Below are positions 18,461-26,437 of a stretch of DNA of 34,364 bases, piece after piece; the first letter of the stretch is position 1; each line of letters begins with the position of its first letter. Origin of the DNA: Flavobacteriales bacterium. GTDB taxonomy: Bacteria > Bacteroidota > Bacteroidia > Flavobacteriales > BACL11. The position numbers and the translations under genes were made by a program. The notes under the pieces were generated by a model. The model was not told where the DNA came from. It saw only the letters and a list, made by a program, of their open reading frames with translations, and made no database searches. Location: contig JABJNS010000059.1 of assembly GCA_018664745.1 (NCBI GenBank), positions 1 to 34,364 on the forward strand. Direction: 5' to 3'.

Positions 18461-19045
18461 ATGCTTAATAATTTATCAAAAAAATACAATATAATATTAG
18501 GATCAGCATCTCCAAGAAGGAAAGAGCTATTAACTGACATAGGATTAGAATTTAACATTCAAACTACCGATAAAGAAGAAGATTATCCACTTAAATTAAA
18601 AGAACAAGAAATAGCTGAGTTTTTAGCCAAACAAAAGTCTGAATTTCTATCAGAAAATTTATTAGATACTGACTTGTTAATCACTGCCGACACCATAGTT
18701 TCCTTTAAAAACAAATTGTTAAACAAGCCAAAAGATAAAGCAGAGGCATTTAGTACACTTAGTAAACTTTCTGAAAATACACATAAAGTAATAACGGGGG
18801 TTTGTATTAAAACCCTACAAAAAGATGTTGTTTTTTCAACTACAACAATGGTAACATTTAGAAAACTAGAAGAAAAAGAGATAAATCATTATATCAATAA
18901 TCATAACCCTTATGATAAAGCTGGAGCCTATGGAATTCAGGATTGGATAGGGAAAATTGGCATTGGAAATATTGAAGGTTCTTATTCTAATGTTGTTGGT
19001 CTACCAACATCAGAATTATACGAACAACTAAAATCATTTGTTTAG
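18461..19045 (+). CDS. maf: Maf family nucleoside triphosphate pyrophosphatase
   Basis: Motifs ILGSASPRRKELL and DKAGAYGIQD. The ATG directly abuts the upstream TAA. Confidence 0.92.
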   Translation: MLNNLSKKYNIILGSASPRRKELLTDIGLEFNIQTTDKEEDYPLKLKEQEIAEFLAKQKSEFLSENLLDTDLLITADTIVSFKNKLLNKPKDKAEAFSTLSKLSENTHKVITGVCIKTLQKDVVFSTTTMVTFRKLEEKEINHYINNHNPYDKAGAYGIQDWIGKIGIGNIEGSYSNVVGLPTSELYEQLKSFV

Positions 19046-19058
19046 GAAGTAAATTTCT

Positions 19059-19066
19059 TATCTTTG
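19059..19066 (+). promoter_or_regulatory. candidate promoter of wza-wzc (-7 box TATCTTTG with -33 TTG)
   Basis: Exact TAnnTTTG, with 17 nt between the box and the ATG. A TTG at 19038-19040 gives an 18-nt spacer, within the range reported for Bacteroidota sigma-A promoters. Confidence 0.5.
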
Positions 19067-19083
19067 CGACAAAACCAAGTAAA

Positions 19084-19857
19084 ATGCCAAAACTATTTTC
19101 AATTCTTAAAGTACTTTTAATTTTCATGATTATTCAAGGATGTACGCCTATGAGTAAGATTACTTATTTAAATGATAGCCAACTTGGTGAATGGGATGTA
19201 TCACCAGTACCACCAAAGCATCATTTAGAAATTGGAGATATATTAATGGTAAAAGTAATTAGTAGGAATGAAGAATCCAATGATTTATTTAATATTGAAA
19301 ATAACACTAAAAGTGCAAGCCCAACTTTAACAGCTGCTAATCTTTATTTAAATGGTTTTACTATAAGCCAGGAAGGAACGATTGATATTCCTAATGTTGG
19401 AGAGATTTTTGTGCTAAACCAAACCCTAGAAGAAGCTGAAGAAACAATTTTACAAAAAGCAGAAGATTATCTTATTAACCCTTTTGTAGTTGTAAAATTA
19501 GCAAACTTTGAGTTCACTATCTTAGGAGAAATTAATGGGCCTGGCAACTACCCTGTCTATAAAGAAGGTTTAACAATATATGACGCCATTGCAATGGCAG
19601 GAGATATTACTGACTATGGAAACCTAGCAAAAGTAAAAATTATTCGTTCGCATAAAAACAAAAAACAGGTATATCATTTGAATCTAACTGACACAAATGT
19701 TTTAGCTTCTGAATTTTATTACCTAAGAAATAATGATCTAATCTATATTCAGCCTTTAAAATTTAAAGGGTTTAGAAAATCACAATCACAAGTATTATTA
19801 TCAACATTAACTACTATTGCGGTGCTGTTTAATGTTTATCTAAAAATATCAGAATAA
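19084..19857 (+). CDS. wza: polysaccharide export outer-membrane lipoprotein (Wza-like, Poly_export + SLBB)
   Basis: Lipoprotein-type signal ending IIQGC. IGDILMVKV and the GEINGPGNYPV..GLTIYDAIAMAGDIT pattern are typical of Wza family proteins. Confidence 0.85.
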   Translation: MPKLFSILKVLLIFMIIQGCTPMSKITYLNDSQLGEWDVSPVPPKHHLEIGDILMVKVISRNEESNDLFNIENNTKSASPTLTAANLYLNGFTISQEGTIDIPNVGEIFVLNQTLEEAEETILQKAEDYLINPFVVVKLANFEFTILGEINGPGNYPVYKEGLTIYDAIAMAGDITDYGNLAKVKIIRSHKNKKQVYHLNLTDTNVLASEFYYLRNNDLIYIQPLKFKGFRKSQSQVLLSTLTTIAVLFNVYLKISE

Positions 19858-19861
19858 AAGT

Positions 19862-22258
19862 ATGCAGGAAAAACAAGTAAATCAAGAAGAAACAATTGAT
19901 ATAAAAGCTCTTATTTTAAAATATGTCCAATATTGGTATTATTTTGTAATTTCTATATTATTTTTTGGCTTTATTGCCCTTATTAACAACCGATATACAG
20001 TTCCTGAATATAGTGTTTCTACTACTCTTTTAATTAGAGATGACAACAATACACAACTAGGAGCTGAAAATTTACTTGAAGGACTTGAACTTTTTAGTGG
20101 AAAGAAGAATTTAAAAAATGAAATTGTAATTCTGAATTCTTACGCCATAACTGAAAAAGTTATTCAAGAACTTGAGTTAGGAACATCCTATTTTCAACAT
20201 GGTTTATTAAAAACAATTGAGTTGTTTGACACATCTCCCTTTAAAGTAAATATTGATTCTTCACATAGTCAATTAACAGGAATAGATTTTCAAATTAACA
20301 TTCTTAACGAAAATGAATTTCTACTTTCAGTTTCTACTTCAGATGAATACCCTTACGATATTTCAACTGGAAAATTAGATAAAAGTACAGTTGTAAATAT
20401 TGATCTTGAGAATATCTATTCTTTTAAATCTGTAATAGAAAATGAATTCTTTTCTTTTTCTATCACAAAAGAAAATATTTTTGATATTGAAAGCATACTT
20501 GAAGATGACAAAGATTTTTCTTTTAAATTTAATCAAACTGACAAACTTGCAAATAGTTTAATTGATGATATTAGCATTAACCCTATCAATAAAGAAACTT
20601 CAATCTTAAAGTTAAATATAAGAGGAAGAGCTCCTAGAAAGAACATTGCAATCCTTGATAAACTTACAAACATATATATAAGAAGTGGTTTAGATGAAAA
20701 AAACTTAATGGCAATAAATACCATTAACTTTATTGATATACAACTAGAAATTATACAGGATTCATTAATCTATATAGAAGATAAACTTGAAGACTTTAGA
20801 TTAGAAAATCCTAATCTTGCTATTGTAGATAAAGATTATGGAACCTATTTTCAAAAACAGAAGTTAGACAATACTTTATCAGAACAATCAGTAAATATTA
20901 AGTATTATAAATCTTTGTTATCCTATCTTAAAAATGATAAAAATGCAAATAGCATTGTATCTCCAACCTCAATGGGAATAAGTAACCCTGAGCTAAATAG
21001 TTTAATCAATCAACTCTTACAGTTATACGCTAAAAAAGGTGAATTACAATTAACAACTACAGAAAAGAATCCTACTTATTTAGCTATATTATCTCAAATA
21101 AATCATACAAAAGAAACAATAATTGAAAATGTAAGAAATTTGATTGCCTCAACTTCAATTTACGAACAGGATTTGGAAAGAAGAATTAATACATTTAACA
21201 CAAGTATCAATAAGCTACCTGAAGTAGAAAAAAATTACCTTATCCTAAAAAGAAAGCATGAATACAATGAGCAAACTGCTATCTATTTACAACAAAAACG
21301 ATATGAAGCATCACTAGCCAAAGCAGGAACAGAATCAGACCACAAAGTAATTGACCTAGCAAGACTAGATAGTGACATTCCTATCACACCTAGAAAAAAT
21401 TTGTCTTACTTCATTGCGCTTTTGTTTGGTTTAGTTTTACCAATTACTTTTATATCTTTAAGGGATTTCTTTAGCGATACGATAAAAAGTAAAACAGATT
21501 TAATAAATTCTACTAACATACCTATATTAGGACTAATTGGACATAGTGACAATGCATTAAGCTTAGTTGTACCAAATTCCTCAAAATCAATTATCTCAGA
21601 GTCTTTCCGTTCATTAAGAACAAATATCCAATATTTAGCAGCTAATAAGGAAAAGAAAGTTATAACAGTGACTTCATCAGTTGGTGGTGAAGGGAAAACA
21701 TTTACTACCATGAATTTGGCTGCAATTTTCGCACTTTCAGGACATAAAACAATTTTGATTGGTGGGGATTTAAGAAAACCTAAATTACATGAAGATTTTA
21801 AATTAGATGCAACTAAAGGACTTAGCAATTACCTGATTAGTAAATCAAATTTAGAGGAGATAATTGAGAAAACTGAAATTGAAAGTTTACACGTAATCAG
21901 TTCAGGACCAACACCCCCTAACCCAGCTGAATTATTAGATAGCCCTAAAATGAAAAACCTTATAAAAGACCTAAACAAAGTATATGATTATGTAATTATT
22001 GATACTCCTCCAATTGGTTTAGTAACAGATGGAGTAATACTCATGCAACATGCTGATGTAAATTTATATGTTGTTCGTCACAATTACTCTAAAACCAAGG
22101 CTTTAAGTGTTGTTAACAACCTATACAACCAAGAACAAGTTAAAAATGTACACATTATTATTAATGACTTTAAACATTCTGCATCAGGATATGGATATGG
22201 ATATGGGTATGGGTATGGAACTTCAGGTTATGGTTATTATGAAAATGAACAAGAATAA
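19862..22258 (+). CDS. wzc: polysaccharide co-polymerase / tyrosine autokinase (Wzc-like)
   Basis: The N-terminal region is Wzz-like with two TM segments. The C-terminal kinase has Walker A VTSSVGGEGKTF, Walker B-like YVIIDTPP, and a C-terminal Tyr cluster SGYGYGYGYGYGTSGYGYYE. Confidence 0.9.
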   Translation: MQEKQVNQEETIDIKALILKYVQYWYYFVISILFFGFIALINNRYTVPEYSVSTTLLIRDDNNTQLGAENLLEGLELFSGKKNLKNEIVILNSYAITEKVIQELELGTSYFQHGLLKTIELFDTSPFKVNIDSSHSQLTGIDFQINILNENEFLLSVSTSDEYPYDISTGKLDKSTVVNIDLENIYSFKSVIENEFFSFSITKENIFDIESILEDDKDFSFKFNQTDKLANSLIDDISINPINKETSILKLNIRGRAPRKNIAILDKLTNIYIRSGLDEKNLMAINTINFIDIQLEIIQDSLIYIEDKLEDFRLENPNLAIVDKDYGTYFQKQKLDNTLSEQSVNIKYYKSLLSYLKNDKNANSIVSPTSMGISNPELNSLINQLLQLYAKKGELQLTTTEKNPTYLAILSQINHTKETIIENVRNLIASTSIYEQDLERRINTFNTSINKLPEVEKNYLILKRKHEYNEQTAIYLQQKRYEASLAKAGTESDHKVIDLARLDSDIPITPRKNLSYFIALLFGLVLPITFISLRDFFSDTIKSKTDLINSTNIPILGLIGHSDNALSLVVPNSSKSIISESFRSLRTNIQYLAANKEKKVITVTSSVGGEGKTFTTMNLAAIFALSGHKTILIGGDLRKPKLHEDFKLDATKGLSNYLISKSNLEEIIEKTEIESLHVISSGPTPPNPAELLDSPKMKNLIKDLNKVYDYVIIDTPPIGLVTDGVILMQHADVNLYVVRHNYSKTKALSVVNNLYNQEQVKNVHIIINDFKHSASGYGYGYGYGYGTSGYGYYENEQE
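22187..22219 (+). repeat. hexanucleotide tandem repeat (GGATAT x3, GGGTAT x2, GGA) encoding the Wzc (Gly-Tyr)n cluster
   Basis: Read directly: ggatat ggatat ggatat gggtat gggtat gga, in frame with wzc. Confidence 0.9.
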
Positions 22259-22283
22259 CTCTTATTAAAACTAGAGTTTTTTA

Positions 22284-22307
22284 AAGCCCAATTTTATTGG
22301 GCTTTTT
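22284..22307 (+). terminator. intrinsic terminator after wzc
   Basis: Stem agcccaat, loop ttt, stem attgggct (22284-22302), followed by ttttt. Confidence 0.75.
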
Positions 22308-22356
22308 CTTACTATAATCCTTTTATTTTTAGCAGTTTTGCAAAAAATTTAAAAGC

Positions 22357-23565
22357 ATGAGTAATAAGAAAGGGAGGCCAGCAAATAAAATACAAGATTT
22401 ACAATTTTTTGGAGAATTTGGAGGAGTAAACCCATCCATTGCCGATTCATCAACCTTTACCTATTTAGCAGGGAAAACTATGGGAGATGTTTTTGAAGGA
22501 ACACAAGAGGGATGTTACCTTTACTCCCGTCATACAAATCCATCAACATCCTACTTAGGACAGGCTATTGCAAGTATGGAATATACGAAAGGTGCTATCC
22601 TTTCAGCATCAGGAATGGGAGCAATTACTACTACCCTTTTACAATTATGTAGCACTGGAGATGAAATCATAAGTAGCCGTACAATTTATGGTGGTACTTA
22701 TGCTTTTATGAAAAACTATTTACCAAAGTTTAACATCAAAACAACTTTTGTAAACACTACTAAACTTGAAGAAATAGAATCAGCAATTACTGATAAAACA
22801 AAAGTAATTTACTGTGAAACTATGAGTAATCCTTTATTGGAAGTTTCAGACATTAATGCGATTGCTGAAGTAGCTAAAAAGCATGGAATTAAATTTGTTG
22901 TTGATAATACTTTTACACCTATGATTTTCTCCCCTTCCAAAATGGGGGCTGATGTTGTAATTCATTCATTAACTAAATTTATTAATGGTACTTCTGACAC
23001 TGTTGGTGGTGTAGTTTGTTCTGATGAAGAGTTTATTGCAAGTATGATTGATGTAAATTCAGGAAGTGCTATGCTACTTGGCCCTACTATGGATGCAGTG
23101 AGAGCTGCAAGTATTCTTAAGAATATTCGTACGCTACACTTAAGAATGAAAAAACATTCTGAGAATGCTCAATACCTATCTGAAAAATTCCAAGCAGATA
23201 ACTTAAGAGTTATTTATCCAGGGCTTGAAAATCATCCTCAACACGAGATGATGAAAAACAGCATGAATGAGGGATTTGGATTTGGAGGAATGTTTGTAAT
23301 TGACACAAAAACTAAGGAAAAAGCAAATGCTTTAATGGAAGAAATGCAGAATAACAACCTTGGTTATTTAGCTGTAAGTTTAGGATTCTATAAAACATTA
23401 TTCTCAGCACCTGGTTTGTCTACTTCATCAGAAATACCTGAAGAAGAAAGGGAAACTATGGGACTTTCTGATGGATTAGTTCGTATTTCAATTGGATTAG
23501 ATAATGACATTGAAAGAACTTACAACACAATGGTTGAGTGCATGAAGAAAGTAGGTGTCCTCTAA
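22357..23565 (+). CDS. Cys/Met-metabolism PLP-dependent enzyme (methionine gamma-lyase / cystathionine gamma-synthase family)
   Basis: Has YSRHTNPST, the PLP-lysine motif HSLTKFINGTSD, and the C-terminal LVRISIGLDN typical of the trans-sulfuration family. The exact reaction is not assignable by eye. Confidence 0.85.
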   Translation: MSNKKGRPANKIQDLQFFGEFGGVNPSIADSSTFTYLAGKTMGDVFEGTQEGCYLYSRHTNPSTSYLGQAIASMEYTKGAILSASGMGAITTTLLQLCSTGDEIISSRTIYGGTYAFMKNYLPKFNIKTTFVNTTKLEEIESAITDKTKVIYCETMSNPLLEVSDINAIAEVAKKHGIKFVVDNTFTPMIFSPSKMGADVVIHSLTKFINGTSDTVGGVVCSDEEFIASMIDVNSGSAMLLGPTMDAVRAASILKNIRTLHLRMKKHSENAQYLSEKFQADNLRVIYPGLENHPQHEMMKNSMNEGFGFGGMFVIDTKTKEKANALMEEMQNNNLGYLAVSLGFYKTLFSAPGLSTSSEIPEEERETMGLSDGLVRISIGLDNDIERTYNTMVECMKKVGVL

Positions 23566-23610
23566 GAAATACTTTTTTATCTTTACCATCTTAAATTATT
23601 ACTAATTCAG

Positions 23611-25053
23611 ATGACTGATAAAAAAACACCTTACTTTTTTGCTTTACTCCCAATACTTATTTTAGTTATCTTACTAGCGTATAATGTGTTTTTATATGGA
23701 GATAATTCATTAGGTGGAGCTAACCAACTAGCATTATTATTTGCAGCAGCAATAACAGCAATAGTTGGTGTTAAATTTGGATCCAATTGGAAAACCATAC
23801 TAAACGGAATAAGCAATAGTATAAGCAGTACAACACCAGCTATTATAATCCTGTTATTAATTGGAGCACTATCAGGAACTTGGCTATTAAGCGGGATTGT
23901 ACCTGCTATGATATACTATGGACTTCAAATACTGAGTCCAGAAATTTTTCTTTTTGCAACTGCAATAATTACAGCTATTGTATCCTTAGCAACAGGAAGT
24001 TCATGGAGTACAATTGCAACTATTGGTATTGCATTAGTTGGAATAGGAGAGGCTTTAGGAATTCCAACAGGGCTTATTGGAGGAGCAATTATATCAGGAG
24101 CCTATTTTGGCGACAAAATGTCTCCTTTATCAGACACTACAAATCTTGCACCAGCTATGGCAGGTACTGATTTGTTCACCCATATTAGATATATGATGTA
24201 CACAACAATCCCATCATTTATCATTACGCTTATATTGTTTTTAATTATCGGATTTAATTACTCATCAACTGGAGAACAAAATATTAATGATTTGTTAATT
24301 GCCTTATCAAAATCATTTAATGTTAGTGGTTGTCTATTCTTGGTTCCTCTTTTAGTTATAGTGCTTATCATCAAAAAAACACCTGCCATACCTGCTCTGT
24401 TAGCTGGCTCTATTTTGGGAGGAATCTTTGCAATTATATTTCAACCTGAAGTAGTACAATCAGTTACTGAAACTTCAGAGTTAAACCTTAGTTCAGCATA
24501 TATGGCAATTATTAATGCTATGGGAGGTGATATAAGTATCACAACAGAAAACGAAATGATTAACAATCTGCTTTCAACTAGTGGAATGGCAGGTATGTTA
24601 AATACTATCTGGCTTATTATTTGTGCTATGATTTTTGGAGGAGCTATGGAAGCAACTGGTTTATTAAGGCGTGTTGCTGAACCGATAATACAATACGCTA
24701 ATAGTACAGGAAACTTAATTGCAACAACTGCAGGTACTTGTATTTTCTTTAATATCACGGCTTCCGACCAGTATTTATCTATTGTGGTACCAGGTAGAAT
24801 GTTTGCTGACACCTATAAAGAAAAAGGACTGGCTCCTGAAAACCTTAGCCGAACTTTAGAAGATAGTGGTACAGTAACATCAGTGCTAATACCTTGGAAC
24901 ACCTGTGGCGCTACACAATCAGCAGTACTTGGGGTAGCAACTTTTGCCTATTTACCTTTCTGTTTCTTTAATTTAATTAGTCCTTTAATGACAATTGCTT
25001 ATGGTTATTTTGGAATTAAGATCAAAAAAATTCAATCTGCTGAAGCAAAATAA
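23611..25053 (+). CDS. NhaC-family membrane transporter (Na+/H+ antiporter family; possibly a substrate transporter)
   Basis: 480 aa, with about 11-12 hydrophobic segments. N-terminal pattern FALLPILILVILLAYNVFLYG and internal GDKMSPLSDTTNLA are typical of the NhaC family. Confidence 0.8.
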   Translation: MTDKKTPYFFALLPILILVILLAYNVFLYGDNSLGGANQLALLFAAAITAIVGVKFGSNWKTILNGISNSISSTTPAIIILLLIGALSGTWLLSGIVPAMIYYGLQILSPEIFLFATAIITAIVSLATGSSWSTIATIGIALVGIGEALGIPTGLIGGAIISGAYFGDKMSPLSDTTNLAPAMAGTDLFTHIRYMMYTTIPSFIITLILFLIIGFNYSSTGEQNINDLLIALSKSFNVSGCLFLVPLLVIVLIIKKTPAIPALLAGSILGGIFAIIFQPEVVQSVTETSELNLSSAYMAIINAMGGDISITTENEMINNLLSTSGMAGMLNTIWLIICAMIFGGAMEATGLLRRVAEPIIQYANSTGNLIATTAGTCIFFNITASDQYLSIVVPGRMFADTYKEKGLAPENLSRTLEDSGTVTSVLIPWNTCGATQSAVLGVATFAYLPFCFFNLISPLMTIAYGYFGIKIKKIQSAEAK

Positions 25054-25086
25054 TAGAAGATAACCCTGACAACCCATTCTGATGGA

Positions 25087-25296
25087 GCAAAAGACAGTAA
25101 GATGACAGCAAAATACTTGTCTGTTAGCCCAACAGACTATAAGATGAGAGCAAAAGACTATTCCTTTGAAGCAAAAGACAATAAGATGAAGGCAAAAGAC
25201 TGTTCCTTTGAAGCAAAAGACAATAAGATGAGAGCAACAGACAATAAGATGAAGGCAAAATACTGTTCTGCCAAGACAACAGACTAGACTGTAAAG
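25087..25296. repeat. phased 21-bp tandem repeat array (10 units, two alternating subtypes)
   Basis: Units start at 25087, 25108, 25129, 25150, 25171, 25192, 25213, 25234, 25255 and 25276. Subtype A is gcaaaagacaataagatga(ag/ga). Subtype B is gcaaaagact(a/g)ttcctttgaa. The outer copies are degenerate, and possible further in-phase degenerate copies reach back to 25045. Confidence 0.9.
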
Positions 25297-25305
25297 AAAA
25301 TTCCC

Positions 25306-26436
25306 TTAATTAAAAAGACTTTTTAGTTGATTTATAGTGTAATCAATCTCCTCTTTGGTATTGTATTTACTGAATGAAAAACGGACACCAGGACGAGTAC
25401 TATCAGGAGCAATAGCCGATAGCACATGCGAACCTGTACTACTTCCAGATGAACAAGCTGACCCTCCGCTACAAGCAATTCCTAAGATATCTAGATTAAA
25501 TAAAAGCATTTCTGCAATTTTTGTAACAGGGAAACTTACACTCAGCACTGTGTACAAGCTATTATTCAAATCTGTACAATTAGCATAAAACTCCACTTCT
25601 GGTATTTCTGCCTTTAATTTATCAATCATATAGGATTTTAACCCATTTATGTATTTTGTTTCTTCTTCCAGATGAGAGTAAGCCATTTCCATTGCCTTAG
25701 CTAAAGCTGCAATTCCATAAATATTCTCAGTTCCAGCACGCATATTTCGTTCTTGTCCTCCACCTCTTAGTAGGGGTTTTATCTGAATATCTTCTGATAC
25801 ATAGATAAACCCTATTCCCTTAGGTCCATGAAACTTATGAGCAGAAGCTGCCATAAAATCAACATTTAACTCCTGCATATCAAAAGTGTAATGCCCCATA
25901 GTCTGCACTGTATCCGAATGAAAAATCGCATTGTACTCTTTACAGATTTCTCCAATTTGTTTTAAATCCTGAATAGTACCAATTTCATTATTTGCATGCA
26001 TAATAGATACAAAAGTCCTCTCATTATCTTCTAATAATTGTTTTAAATGAGAAAGAGAAACCTCTCCATTTTCATCTGTATCAATATAGGAAAGTTTAAT
26101 TTTTTCTTCAGCCGCTAAATCCTCTAAAGGATATAAAACAGCATGATGTGAAAGCTTTGAGGTAATAGCATGAGTAATATTATGATCGTGAATACCACAC
26201 TTTATTGCCATATTATCAGCCTCCGTTCCTCCTGAAGTGAAGAAAATAGTTTTTGGTGCTGTATTCAATAAAGCTGCAATAGTCTTACGGGCAGTTTCTA
26301 CAATAATTTTTGATTTACGACCAAACTCATGCACAGATGAAGGGTTTGCAAAAGTAGTTTTCATCATTTCACTCATCAGCTCAATAATTTCTGGAGCCAT
26401 TGGTGTTGTTGCTGCATTATCTAAATATACCTTCAT
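25306..26436 (-). CDS. cysteine desulfurase (NifS/IscS-like class V aminotransferase)
   Basis: Has the PLP-lysine motif SAHKFHGPKGIG and the catalytic Cys loop SGGSACSSGSS. 376 aa. Confidence 0.88.
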   Translation of the reverse strand: MKVYLDNAATTPMAPEIIELMSEMMKTTFANPSSVHEFGRKSKIIVETARKTIAALLNTAPKTIFFTSGGTEADNMAIKCGIHDHNITHAITSKLSHHAVLYPLEDLAAEEKIKLSYIDTDENGEVSLSHLKQLLEDNERTFVSIMHANNEIGTIQDLKQIGEICKEYNAIFHSDTVQTMGHYTFDMQELNVDFMAASAHKFHGPKGIGFIYVSEDIQIKPLLRGGGQERNMRAGTENIYGIAALAKAMEMAYSHLEEETKYINGLKSYMIDKLKAEIPEVEFYANCTDLNNSLYTVLSVSFPVTKIAEMLLFNLDILGIACSGGSACSSGSSTGSHVLSAIAPDSTRPGVRFSFSKYNTKEEIDYTINQLKSLFN

Positions 26437-26437
26437 T

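Noticed and set aside
21406-21828. 140-aa antisense ORF inside wzc, and similar antisense or alternate-frame ORFs at 1193-1501, 2679-3154, 3428-3631, 5089-5319, 7024-7248, 7600-7842, 8736-8921, 9819-10034, 13375-13611, 17073-17261, 20533-20724, 23631-23816, 23880-24170, 24441-24812, 25355-25588, 26237-26446, 29331-29516, 30568-30762, 31656-32029 and 33209-33394
   Set aside because: All are nested within strongly supported genes on the opposite strand or in another frame. Their composition is biased, they have no recognisable motifs, and they lack independent promoter or terminator signals.
22259-22356. SAM or other riboswitch upstream of the trans-sulfuration-family gene
   Set aside because: The gap is 98 nt, and about half of it is the wzc terminator. 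The remaining AT-rich ~50 nt cannot hold a known SAM aptamer, and no conserved helices were seen.
25102-25287. 61-aa ORF (MTAKYLSVSPTDYKMRAKDYSFEAKDNKMK...) taken as a genuine protein-coding gene
   Set aside because: The open frame is a by-product of a 21-nt (3 x 7) tandem repeat, and the heptad pattern continues upstream of the ATG. There is no promoter box or signal sequence. It is not called as a CDS, but it is kept as an open question under the repeat finding.
25045-25296. CRISPR array interpretation of the repeats
   Set aside because: The units are directly adjacent with no unique spacers, the 21-bp unit is too short, and no cas genes are in the window.
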